A stretch of 64,000 bases of DNA from Thermoplasmatota archaeon (GTDB lineage: Archaea > Thermoplasmatota > E2 > DHVEG-1): positions 9,508 to 73,507 of the forward strand of contig JAFGML010000021.1 of assembly GCA_016927555.1 (NCBI GenBank), given 5' to 3'. The position numbers and the translations under genes were made by a program. The first letter of the stretch is position 1, and each line of letters opens with the position of its first letter. The notes beneath the pieces are model-generated. The model had not been told where the DNA came from and made no database searches. It worked only from the letters and a program-made list of their open reading frames with translations. Below are positions 46,350-55,476 of this stretch, piece after piece.

Positions 46350-49300
46350 TTAGTGTTTCATCATGCGGGAGGCACGATAGCTTACTAATCGCGCAATAGC
46401 ATTCAGAGCAAGTATCATGATAATTAGGATAAAAGCCACAGCATATATTTTTTCGTATAATGTAGGCCATTGAGCACTAACACTATAAAAAAGATAAATC
46501 ATGTTTGACATTGATGCTGTGGGCTGGAAAATCGATGTTGCGACATGTGCAGAATATCCTGCGGTGAACATGACTGCAGCTGTTTCCCCAATTGCTCGTC
46601 CCATCGAAATGATCGCACCACTTGTAATTCCTGGAGCCGCTGGAGGAAGAATAACTGTTCGAATCGTTTGCCATTTTGTTGCACCAAGAGCAAGTGCTCC
46701 TTCTTGAAATTCCCGAGGGATTGATTTAATTGATTCTATAGAACTTCGAAGCAGAAGAGGTATTACCATTATCCCAAGGGTGAGTCCTCCAGCAATCATT
46801 GATATCTTAAACTCAAGGAAAATCACAAAGAACATAAAACCAAATGCACCAAAGACAATGGATGGTGTACTTGCTAAAGTGTCTGAGGCAAAGAGAATGA
46901 TTTTCGTGATGATATTGTCTTTCTTGATATATTCTTGAATGTAAATCGCGGCACCAATGGACAGTGGAGCAGCAAATGCAAGGGCTATAGCAACAAGTTG
47001 GAGGGAACCTGTGATTGCATTAGCAAAACCTCCCCCTAAACCGCCCATTTCTTCTTTTTGAAAGAGATACTCGGGTTTTAATGCTAATCCACCCTTGACA
47101 ATAATATCCTGGATTATCGCAACAAGAAATAAAGTGACAGTTATTGCACAAAGAAAAAGAATGATTTTTATGATTTTTTCTGATTGAAGCGCTTTTTTTG
47201 TTGAAAATGTACGAATGAGATCTTTAAATTGACTTCTAGATGACTCATATGTAGCGTCTTCAGAGGTTTTTTTATGGGTAGAATCAATGATTACGAAATT
47301 TTTTGAAATTTTATCAGACACTATCTTAAATTTTTTTGCTGATGAAAGAGCTTGGATATTTTGTGTGTTTTTCATGAGTTTGTTTGATTTTTCTTTTTTT
47401 CGTTGCTTGAGTTTTTCTTTAAGGAATAAAAAAATACGATGACTATAGTTATGCTTGTTTTTTCTATGAATAGATAAGATGAGAACATTAAGTATGAAGA
47501 TAAGGAAAAAGAGGACAATTCCTATCGCAAAGAGAGCATGCCGTATTTGGTCGTATGAGTACCCCCAACCAAGTGTTGCCGCGATAACGGAAGTCATCGT
47601 GCCACCTGAATCAAATAGAGAACTTGGTATTTGATAAAAAGCACCCATAATCATGAGAACCGCCATGGTTTCTCCAATCGCTCTGCCAGTTGCAAGAATA
47701 ATCGACGTGATGATGCCGGATTTTGCCTCAGGTAATATGATATGTTTTACGGTCTGCCAGCGTGTCGTGCCTAAAGCAAGTGATCCTTCTTTGAGGTCTT
47801 TTCTGACAACATGAATAGCGTCTTCGGAGAGTGTAATAATAATCGGAAGTATCATGATACCAAGAACGATTGAGGCGGTTAGAACATCATTTCCTATGCG
47901 TGTTGTTGTTTTAAAAAACCAGATGTATTCACCTAGTGTGCTGGTTATGAGCGGATAAAGAGAGTGTGCAAGAAACGGTCCGAAGGTAAAAAAACCCCAA
48001 AGACCAAAAATAACTGAGGGGATTCCTGCAAGAAGCTCGTAGAGAGGCTTTAAAATCATTCTTATTTTTCTTGGGCAGAACTCAGATAGAAAGATAGCGC
48101 ATCCTAAGCCAAGAGGAGCAGCAATAAAGATTGCAATAGTTGTGGTAAGCAATGTTCCTACGATGAATGGTAATATTCCAAATGTTGGTTGTGTTTTTTC
48201 AAGTTCGATGAGTAACTCGGTTTCAAGTGTCTCATCTTGAGTTGATTCTGGGGATTCGACGATAAACGTGAGGTGTAGGGTATCGGTTGATTGATTACCA
48301 ATGTTTATTGTTCCATCACCGATTAGTAACATTGTTCCGTTTTGAAGAAGAGTTGTTTTCCAGGTATCTCTACTGCTGGTTACGGTGAATGTCGCAAATC
48401 GTTGCACCTCATTGAGCGTTATTGTGTAGTTAACTGATGAACCAGCGATGATGTTTAATCTGTCCGTATCTACTTTGATTAAATTTTGGTTTTTGAAATG
48501 AAATAGTATGTGTGATGTGTCTGTTACTTGAGGATGGTTTGTCGAATTTATCGTTACTAGTATGTCATAGACTCCATCTTGAAAACTGACGAGTCGCGGG
48601 TTGACTGTCAGATTGAGTGATGCACCTGCTTCAAGAGTAATTTGTGCTGATGATGAGTTGTAATTCCAGTTCTCAGTGAGTTCTGCTATAGATGGACGGA
48701 AATAGTCCGGAGCATGAAGGGTGATGGTGTAGGTGTCTGAATACTCTCCAGTATTTTTCAGCTGCAGGAATGCTAGTTGAAATCCTAGTTCGTCTCCTGT
48801 GGCGACGAGGCTGATTTGACTTGGAGAGAGATCAACTCGATACTCAGAGGCGGTGATTTGTAACGGGATAATTTTATTATAAGATGAGGATTGTGAGGTT
48901 ACTGTTATTGATCCTTGATAAATATTCTCACCAGCGGGTATGAAGACACTAAGGTTCATTACCACGGTGTCATTGGGTATAAGAGCAATTGGTGAGTGCG
49001 GCGCAAGAGAATAGCTTAGGTTTTGTTCAAATTGTATATCTATGGCTATGTCATCAGTGGTTCCTCCTCGATTACTGATTGTAAATGGGATGGTCACCCA
49101 AGCATCAGGGGCAGCGAAAAGGGAGGTATCCTCTAGGTGTATGTGAAGGTCGTAGGCAACAATATGGGTGATCAGTGTTGTTGATTCTGTTTTTCCTAGG
49201 CTATATGATGGTTGCCATTGTGTCCCGGTGATAAATTCAGCGGGCCCGGTTGTATCGTAGAAAGCAGGCATGCCTTCGCGTACAATAAAAAGAACGATTA

Positions 49301-49718
49301 AAAAAACTGCTAAGGTTGTTGAAAGTGAAAGCAGGAAAAGTAATTTTTTTATGATGCGTTCTTGAAAGATCAGATAGCAAAGGATGAGCGCCTCGATGCT
49401 GATGAAAGTAACAATCAACGTGCCTAAAGCTATTGGAGAGGGGGTATAGCCTTGGAATAGGTTTTGTGGATGAAAAAGTATTTGTTCAAGAACGAAAAGA
49501 AAAATTTGGAATTGGAAAAGCAAAAAGAATAGCTTTATTTTTTTTTTGTAAAAAAACATGATAATTAATCCGATTTCTGTGAGCATGATAAGTAGGATGA
49601 ACATGGGATTCATGACAAATATGTTTGGCAAAAATATTATTATTAAAAAAAGAATATTTATGATAAACAGTATCCATTTTGATTGTAGTATCTCTGTAAA
49701 ACCCATTGCATCTGTCAA
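46350..49718 (-). CDS. Giant fused PstC-PstA phosphate permease (set 2) with an extra N-terminal TM bundle and a ~340-aa insertion in the first extracytoplasmic loop
   Basis: 1122 aa. The PstC landmark FITGTQWQP is separated from QPTFGILPFIVGTLL by residues ~171-509 (nt 48192-49208), versus only a few residues in set 1. EAA loops KEGSLALGTTRWQT and QEGALALGATKWQT. A Lys-rich linker joins the halves. Confidence 0.8.
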   Translation of the reverse strand: MTDAMGFTEILQSKWILFIINILFLIIIFLPNIFVMNPMFILLIMLTEIGLIIMFFYKKKIKLFFLLFQFQIFLFVLEQILFHPQNLFQGYTPSPIALGTLIVTFISIEALILCYLIFQERIIKKLLFLLSLSTTLAVFLIVLFIVREGMPAFYDTTGPAEFITGTQWQPSYSLGKTESTTLITHIVAYDLHIHLEDTSLFAAPDAWVTIPFTISNRGGTTDDIAIDIQFEQNLSYSLAPHSPIALIPNDTVVMNLSVFIPAGENIYQGSITVTSQSSSYNKIIPLQITASEYRVDLSPSQISLVATGDELGFQLAFLQLKNTGEYSDTYTITLHAPDYFRPSIAELTENWNYNSSSAQITLEAGASLNLTVNPRLVSFQDGVYDILVTINSTNHPQVTDTSHILFHFKNQNLIKVDTDRLNIIAGSSVNYTITLNEVQRFATFTVTSSRDTWKTTLLQNGTMLLIGDGTINIGNQSTDTLHLTFIVESPESTQDETLETELLIELEKTQPTFGILPFIVGTLLTTTIAIFIAAPLGLGCAIFLSEFCPRKIRMILKPLYELLAGIPSVIFGLWGFFTFGPFLAHSLYPLITSTLGEYIWFFKTTTRIGNDVLTASIVLGIMILPIIITLSEDAIHVVRKDLKEGSLALGTTRWQTVKHIILPEAKSGIITSIILATGRAIGETMAVLMIMGAFYQIPSSLFDSGGTMTSVIAATLGWGYSYDQIRHALFAIGIVLFFLIFILNVLILSIHRKNKHNYSHRIFLFLKEKLKQRKKEKSNKLMKNTQNIQALSSAKKFKIVSDKISKNFVIIDSTHKKTSEDATYESSRSQFKDLIRTFSTKKALQSEKIIKIILFLCAITVTLFLVAIIQDIIVKGGLALKPEYLFQKEEMGGLGGGFANAITGSLQLVAIALAFAAPLSIGAAIYIQEYIKKDNIITKIILFASDTLASTPSIVFGAFGFMFFVIFLEFKISMIAGGLTLGIMVIPLLLRSSIESIKSIPREFQEGALALGATKWQTIRTVILPPAAPGITSGAIISMGRAIGETAAVMFTAGYSAHVATSIFQPTASMSNMIYLFYSVSAQWPTLYEKIYAVAFILIIMILALNAIARLVSYRASRMMKH

Positions 49719-49841
49719 GTATCAGGTTTATATAATAGTCTTGTGTATAGATTATATACTGCTCTATAGAGATATATAAAAAAAAAATGAGGAATGATGA
49801 TTTGTTATTATTGTGAGAAGAGTGAATTTTTAATGTTTTTG

Positions 49842-49883
49842 AAAAAAAAAGAAAAAGATGTGAGGAGAGGTATGTATCTCCTC
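49842..49883 (-). terminator. Hairpin plus T-run downstream of pstS2 (possible attenuating terminator before pstCA2)
   Basis: On the minus strand, GAGGAGA-tacatacc-TCTCCTC (plus strand 49862-49883) is followed by a CTTTTTCTTTTTTTTT run (plus strand A-run 49842-49856). Confidence 0.5.
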
Positions 49884-49896
49884 GTTGGTGTCCTCT

Positions 49897-51039
49897 TTAG
49901 TAGAGGCTAATGTATCCGCTTTGTTCGCAGATTTTTTTGTTCATCTCTGGGCCAAGGACAAAGTCGATGTAGACTTTTGCGTCGCCTTTTGGTTTTCCAA
50001 CGGTGACATACAAGAGTTCTCGGGCACCATCATAGAAGGTTGTTACACCAGAGCGAATGTTTTTTGCAAAATTAGTGTCGTTTGGGTCTATTAGGGTTTT
50101 AACTGTTCGTCCAGCATAGGGTATCATCGTCACAAGGCCAGTTGAGGTGGCAACAGCACCATACGAGATGAAACCAAGAGCATCTGCATCCTTTGATATC
50201 GCCTGTATAAGCTCAGCGTTACCAGTTGCATGGATGGCAGCGATGCCTCGTGATTCAAGATCGACTTTTCCTTCGTTGATCATAGAACAGAAGGTTTCCT
50301 CTGTACCTGAGACTTCAGATCGGTCATAAATCTTTACTTCTTCACTACCTGTGCAGTTATCAAACATATCGGTACGTATATTTTTTGTTGGAACTTCATC
50401 CCATGAAATATACCCATTTGCGTCGCGATCTCTAACACCATCGGTCTGATTACTCTTCCAATTTGTTGATAATTGGTCCCATGTTGCAGTTCCTTCTCTC
50501 CCGTTATATGCATAGACATCTCGAACAGTCATAGCATGGATGCTTGTTAACCCGTGAGTATTTGCATATGGGACAGCAATAACTACTGCATCATATGCAA
50601 TCAGTGTGGTAAAAAGATCGATACCAATATCTTTCTTGCCATCGCGATTCAAATCAGGTAACGAAGTCATTTTTGCTTCTACATCTGACCTGGATGATGC
50701 ACTACCAATATCAATGGTTCCATATCCAACTGCAGTGACTCCTGCACCGGTTCCACCCTGTTGGAAAGAAATCTTATAGTTTGGGTTCTGTGCTTCGAAA
50801 AACTGTGCAGCAACAGCTGTGAACGGATATACAGTTGTACTTCCACCAATAGTCATTGCTGCTTGTAACTCACCAGCACCACCGGTTTTTGTTTGAACGT
50901 CACTCTGCCAGCCGCTCTGCCAGACATAGAACGCCCCAGCTGATCCAACAGCAACGAGGACCAACATAAGGGTGGCTATGATTGGTGAGACCGCCTGGGC
51001 GTTCTTCACTAGCCTTTTTCCTATTGTTTTTGTGTTCAT
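49897..51039 (-). CDS. pstS: PstS-family phosphate-binding protein (set 2) with a class III (type IV pilin-like) signal peptide
   Basis: ATG 51039 lies 6 nt after TGGAGGCA. N-terminus MNTKTIGKRLVKNAQAVSPIIATLMLVLVAVGSAGAF. PstS blocks GGSTTVYPF and GGTGAGV...TIDIGSASS. EF-hand-like loops DLNRDGKKD and DRDANGYISWDE. Confidence 0.8.
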   Translation of the reverse strand: MNTKTIGKRLVKNAQAVSPIIATLMLVLVAVGSAGAFYVWQSGWQSDVQTKTGGAGELQAAMTIGGSTTVYPFTAVAAQFFEAQNPNYKISFQQGGTGAGVTAVGYGTIDIGSASSRSDVEAKMTSLPDLNRDGKKDIGIDLFTTLIAYDAVVIAVPYANTHGLTSIHAMTVRDVYAYNGREGTATWDQLSTNWKSNQTDGVRDRDANGYISWDEVPTKNIRTDMFDNCTGSEEVKIYDRSEVSGTEETFCSMINEGKVDLESRGIAAIHATGNAELIQAISKDADALGFISYGAVATSTGLVTMIPYAGRTVKTLIDPNDTNFAKNIRSGVTTFYDGARELLYVTVGKPKGDAKVYIDFVLGPEMNKKICEQSGYISLY

Positions 51040-51294
51040 TTTTTTTGCCTCCAAATATTTTTCTACTTTGGATTGCATCCCCCAACACCGTCAGGTTCAC
51101 GAAATCCAAACCACATGCAGTATTTTTCTGCACTTACTTTGCGCCAACGAACCGGTTTTTTAATAAGCTTATTCAAATAAAAAAAATAGAATGAGTAGAT
51201 GACACGACTACCACTCACGGCTACATACAAAAACTGGAACTATATAGGGTATAGTGTCTCTATACAACATCTTTTTAACACACAGTTTTCATAG

Positions 51295-53091
51295 ATGGTT
51301 CCAGAGCAACAAAAGGAGGCATTCTGTATTCCACGCTTTGAACATCTCAGCAATCTCTTCAAGAAAAAAGACGACTCTGAGCAACAAATCACCCGACTGC
51401 TTGATACCAAATACCGAGATCTTCTGAAAAAGAAAGCTGAGTCACTCGAACAACACTTCCTCCCAAAAGAAGAAATCTCAGAAAAAATCATTCAACAAGA
51501 AGAAATCAGCTTCATGAGAAGAGAATTCGAACGAAACAAAAGCACCGTCAACATCACGTATCCTGTCAACCCACCCTTCGCTTTTGTGAACATCCTCTTC
51601 AACGAACAAGCTGGGGAATTCCACTACCTGCTCAAAGAACCAAAACTCAAAGAAGCTGAGGTACACCACCTTGACCTCATCAAACAAAAAATAGAGGCAA
51701 CCATGGATGAAGAAGACCTTCCCATCGACGAGGAAGGAACCTTCACTGTCTCAAAGGAACTCAAAGCATACCTACAGAAACGATTCCTCGATGTCATCGA
51801 CTTGTACGACATTGCTGTTGATGAGAAACGACGACCCATTCTCTTGTATTACCTACAGAAAGACCTCCTTGGACTTGGTAGAAGCGACGCAGTCATCAAA
51901 GACCTGTTCGTCGAAGACATCGGCTGCAATGGGCCAAAAACACCCCTCTACCTGTACCATCGTGTGTTTGGCTCCATGAAGACCAACATCACCTACCCTA
52001 GTGAACTTGAACTGAACAAGTTCATCCTGAAGCTGGCGCAAACCTCTGGCAAACACATCAGCGTCTATCAACCAATCCTAGATGCAGTCCTTGCTGACGG
52101 CAGTAGAATCAACCTCACCTTAGGTTCTGAGGTCACAAGGAAAGGCTCGACGTTCACGATACGGAAATTCAGCTATGACCCGATCTCACCGATTGACTTG
52201 CTCAGGTTCGGCTCAATCTCCACCCTGCAGCTGGCGTACTTCTGGCAGCTCATCGAACATAAGAAATCCATTCTGATGAGTGGGGGAACCGCTTCAGGGA
52301 AAACCACGCTGCTCAACGCCCTGTGCATGTTCATCAGACCAGAGGATAAAATCGTCTCCATAGAAGACACCCCAGAGATCCACATCGACCATCAGAACTG
52401 GATCCAATCAGTGGCACGAAAAGGATATGGGAAAATGATGGGGGTGTCTGGCATCTCAGGGATATCAGGAATCTCAGGAATCTCCTCCTCAAGCGGCGGG
52501 CCTGGGTCTATTGATATGTTTGATTTACTTGTCGCTGCCCTGCGTCAACGACCAGAGTACATCATCGTTGGGGAAATACGAGGCAGAGAAGCCTTCACCC
52601 TCTTCCAAGCCATCGCCGTTGGCCACTCCTCAATGAGCACGGTGCATGCTGGGTCTATCGAAGAACTCCTCCACCGGGTGGAAAACGAACCGATGAACAT
52701 CCCCCGTGTTTTGTTCCAAAGCATTGACGCGGTCGCCTTCCAAGGACAAGTCATCGCCAACGGCAAACGCGTCAGACGAGTCAAAAACATAGTGGAAGTC
52801 CTTGAAATCGACCCTGATACCAACAACCTGCTCACGAACACCGCGTTCCACTGGAACCCCAAGGGTGACTTCTTCCACTACAACGGCAGAAGCTTCATTG
52901 TGGAAAAAATCGCTCGAGACACAGGGAAAGACTCCGATAAAATCATGGAGGAGCTCACCAGAAAAGAACACTACCTGCAACTCATGAACAAGAAAAACCT
53001 GACGTACTACAAAGACGTCAGCAAAGCCATCAACATGTACTATGTCGACCCACTGAAAGCAACCATGGACCTTGAAGCAACCCTGAGGTAA
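51295..53091 (+). CDS. FlaI/ArlI-PilB-type secretion ATPase (type IV filament assembly)
   Basis: Walker A SGGTASGKTTLLNAL, Asp box IVSIEDTPEI, Walker B/His box RQRPEYIIVGEIRGREA...GHSSMSTVHA. Unusual GVS(GIS)4SSSGGPGS insert. Confidence 0.85.
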   Translation: MVPEQQKEAFCIPRFEHLSNLFKKKDDSEQQITRLLDTKYRDLLKKKAESLEQHFLPKEEISEKIIQQEEISFMRREFERNKSTVNITYPVNPPFAFVNILFNEQAGEFHYLLKEPKLKEAEVHHLDLIKQKIEATMDEEDLPIDEEGTFTVSKELKAYLQKRFLDVIDLYDIAVDEKRRPILLYYLQKDLLGLGRSDAVIKDLFVEDIGCNGPKTPLYLYHRVFGSMKTNITYPSELELNKFILKLAQTSGKHISVYQPILDAVLADGSRINLTLGSEVTRKGSTFTIRKFSYDPISPIDLLRFGSISTLQLAYFWQLIEHKKSILMSGGTASGKTTLLNALCMFIRPEDKIVSIEDTPEIHIDHQNWIQSVARKGYGKMMGVSGISGISGISGISSSSGGPGSIDMFDLLVAALRQRPEYIIVGEIRGREAFTLFQAIAVGHSSMSTVHAGSIEELLHRVENEPMNIPRVLFQSIDAVAFQGQVIANGKRVRRVKNIVEVLEIDPDTNNLLTNTAFHWNPKGDFFHYNGRSFIVEKIARDTGKDSDKIMEELTRKEHYLQLMNKKNLTYYKDVSKAINMYYVDPLKATMDLEATLR

Positions 53092-53097
53092 CCACTG

Positions 53098-54027
53098 ATG
53101 AAACAACGCCGTACGAAGAAAGAGCCTTCTTTGAAAAAACCAGTCAGTGCACTCCTCGTGGAACGCTACAAAGCGTTCAGCTACCGTCTCTTCGGCAAAC
53201 ACGTGTTCACTACAGAGAAGACTGGGGCATTGTCTGAAAAACTCAAAATGGCAAACATGCGTTACACACCATCGGTATTCTACTCAACACTGCTGACCAC
53301 AGGCATACTCATCACAGTTCTTTCACTCATCGTCTTCAGCTTCCTGTTTCATTTTCTCCTAACGATAGACATGTGGCTTTTGTACTCCCTTGCGCTAACC
53401 GCGGTGACTACGACAGTAACCCTTGGGATGTTCTTCTTCGTCATGAACTCGAAAATCTCCTCACGGAAATCGCAAATCGACCACGAACTGCCCTTCGTCC
53501 TCAGCGAGCTGTCCATTCTCGCAAGCACGGGGCTGACCCCCATTAAAATCATGCGGCACATGGCACAGCGTCACGGTAACCCAGCGATGACCTCAGAATT
53601 CAGAAAAATCATATCAAAAATCGACGTGGAAGGAAAAGACATCATCACCGCGATGAGTGAAACCGCAAAGGAAACACCCTCGCCACTGTTCCGGGAGACA
53701 CTCTGGGACCTCTGCAACATGATTCACCAGGGAGGAGACCTGGATGCATACCTACGTTCAAAGGCAGACATCACCCTGCAGCTGAAGCGAGATATCCAAA
53801 AAGAATTCATAGAGAAACTGGCGACCTACTCCGAGATGTACTCAAGCTTGGTCCTCATCGGCGTACTGTTTCTTGGGATTGCAGCATTCTTGCTTGATGC
53901 GATGCAATCCACAATAGGACCACTCACCGCTGACTCCTTACTGCTCATGCTCTCATACTTAATCATACCTGCGGTCATCATTGGTGTGAATGCTATCGTC
54001 TCTCTGGCGTATGCGAAGAGCGGGTGA
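53098..54027 (+). CDS. Type IV filament platform protein, half-size (single T2SSF domain; FlaJ/TadB-like)
   Basis: One T2SSF-type cytoplasmic domain (ELPFVLSELSILASTGLTPIKIM...GGDLDAYL) flanked by TM segments. Confidence 0.7.
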   Translation: MKQRRTKKEPSLKKPVSALLVERYKAFSYRLFGKHVFTTEKTGALSEKLKMANMRYTPSVFYSTLLTTGILITVLSLIVFSFLFHFLLTIDMWLLYSLALTAVTTTVTLGMFFFVMNSKISSRKSQIDHELPFVLSELSILASTGLTPIKIMRHMAQRHGNPAMTSEFRKIISKIDVEGKDIITAMSETAKETPSPLFRETLWDLCNMIHQGGDLDAYLRSKADITLQLKRDIQKEFIEKLATYSEMYSSLVLIGVLFLGIAAFLLDAMQSTIGPLTADSLLLMLSYLIIPAVIIGVNAIVSLAYAKSG

Positions 54028-54034
54028 GTAAACG

Positions 54035-55432
54035 TTGCGCTTTCACACCATCTCCTTGAGTGTAGCATTCTTCCTTCTCCTCTGTCTTCCCTCCAGCATC
54101 ACCGCACAAGAAGATACCACTCCACCAGTGATTATTAGTGTTTCCCCTGCCGAGGCCACAACCATAGGTAACCAAACACCACAAATCATGGTTCAGTACG
54201 CAGATGAATCAGACATCGACCTGAGCACTGTTAGAATCATCGTCGATCAAATAGATGTCACAGAGTGGGAGGAAACCTCGATAACAGACACCTCTGTTTT
54301 GTATAAGGTTCCGCAGATCCTCAGACTCCAAGACGGTAATCATTCCGTGTTTATTGAGGTGGCAGATACACAAGGGAACCGTGCGACAAAAACCTGGGTG
54401 TTTCTCGTTGACACAACACAACCAACACTCCAAGGAGAAAGCCTGGACCTCTTCACCATCGTCACCTTTTTCATCTACGGAGCACTCATCAGCGCAGTCC
54501 TCTTCATTTTTTATATTTTATACCTGAGGAAAACACGGAGGTTCACGTTCAGAAAGTTCTTTGCACAACATCCCATACAAAAAGAAATCATCACCCTCTA
54601 CATTCCCCTCATCCTTGGTTTTTTTATCATCCTCTTTGGTCTTGCTTGGACCTCAAGAAACCTGCCTGACATCCCGTTTTCCCCGGAGTACGTCTTTTCT
54701 GCCGGAGTGCTCATTGCCCTTGGACCATTCACACTATCATCGATAGCTGAAAAACGCACTATCAATCGGTACGAGCAAGCGTTCGCACAGTTTCTCTTTG
54801 AAATGGCAGATGCTATGCGCGGGGGTCTTGACCCCACCAAAGCACTCATTGAGCTTGCAAAGGGAAATCAAGGAATCCTCAGAGACCATCTGAAGAAAGC
54901 AGCGGAGAACATCAAACTCGGTCGACCCTTTGATGAGGTGATGCAAGCCATGGTCCGTCCTATTAAAAGTGATTTGGTGAAACGGTATGCGACTTTGATT
55001 GGTGACACCTCAAAAATCGGTGGGGAAACCTCACTGGTCATTTACAGAACCGCAAAGGATATGGATGACTTTATCAAAATCAACCAGGAGCGCAGACGGC
55101 AGCTCACCGCTCAGGTCACCACGATTTACATCGCCTTTGCCGTCTTACTTGTCATCCTGTATCAGTTGATCACGATGTTTCCTTCAATGGGGTCATTGAA
55201 CCTCTCTTTGCTTGGTGCCACTGATTTGGATTCCACAGAGACAAGCTCATCGATCATCCGCATGAGTAGTGAAACCATGAAACGCAGGTTCCTTCATCTC
55301 ATGATGATTAACTCCCTGGGCACAGGGACGCTCATGGGGATGCTTGTTGATGGAAAAATCAAATACGGGCTTATTCATTCACTCGTCCTGATTAGTATAT
55401 CAGTGGTGTTCTTCGCACTTCTCATCCTTTAA
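54035..55432 (+). CDS. Type IV filament platform protein, half-size (T2SSF domain) with a Sec-type signal and an N-terminal Ig-like ectodomain
   Basis: TTG start 7 nt after GGGTGA. Signal LSVAFFLLLCLPSSITAQ. A ~110-aa beta-rich domain (PPVIISVSP...TWVFLVDTTQPT), TM segments, then a T2SSF block (FEMADAMRGGLDPTKALIELA...GRPFDEVM). Confidence 0.7.
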   Translation: MRFHTISLSVAFFLLLCLPSSITAQEDTTPPVIISVSPAEATTIGNQTPQIMVQYADESDIDLSTVRIIVDQIDVTEWEETSITDTSVLYKVPQILRLQDGNHSVFIEVADTQGNRATKTWVFLVDTTQPTLQGESLDLFTIVTFFIYGALISAVLFIFYILYLRKTRRFTFRKFFAQHPIQKEIITLYIPLILGFFIILFGLAWTSRNLPDIPFSPEYVFSAGVLIALGPFTLSSIAEKRTINRYEQAFAQFLFEMADAMRGGLDPTKALIELAKGNQGILRDHLKKAAENIKLGRPFDEVMQAMVRPIKSDLVKRYATLIGDTSKIGGETSLVIYRTAKDMDDFIKINQERRRQLTAQVTTIYIAFAVLLVILYQLITMFPSMGSLNLSLLGATDLDSTETSSSIIRMSSETMKRRFLHLMMINSLGTGTLMGMLVDGKIKYGLIHSLVLISISVVFFALLIL

Positions 55433-55476
55433 AAAAAAGTAAAAATGTACACAGAATTTTTTTTAAACCCAGGGTG

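Noticed and set aside
46350-51078. The AT-rich pst2 segment as a horizontally acquired mobile island
   Set aside because: No integrase, transposase, flanking direct repeats or tRNA-adjacent junction was seen. Much of the AT-richness comes from Phe/Ile/Leu/Lys-rich membrane and linker segments. Only a formal composition analysis could decide.
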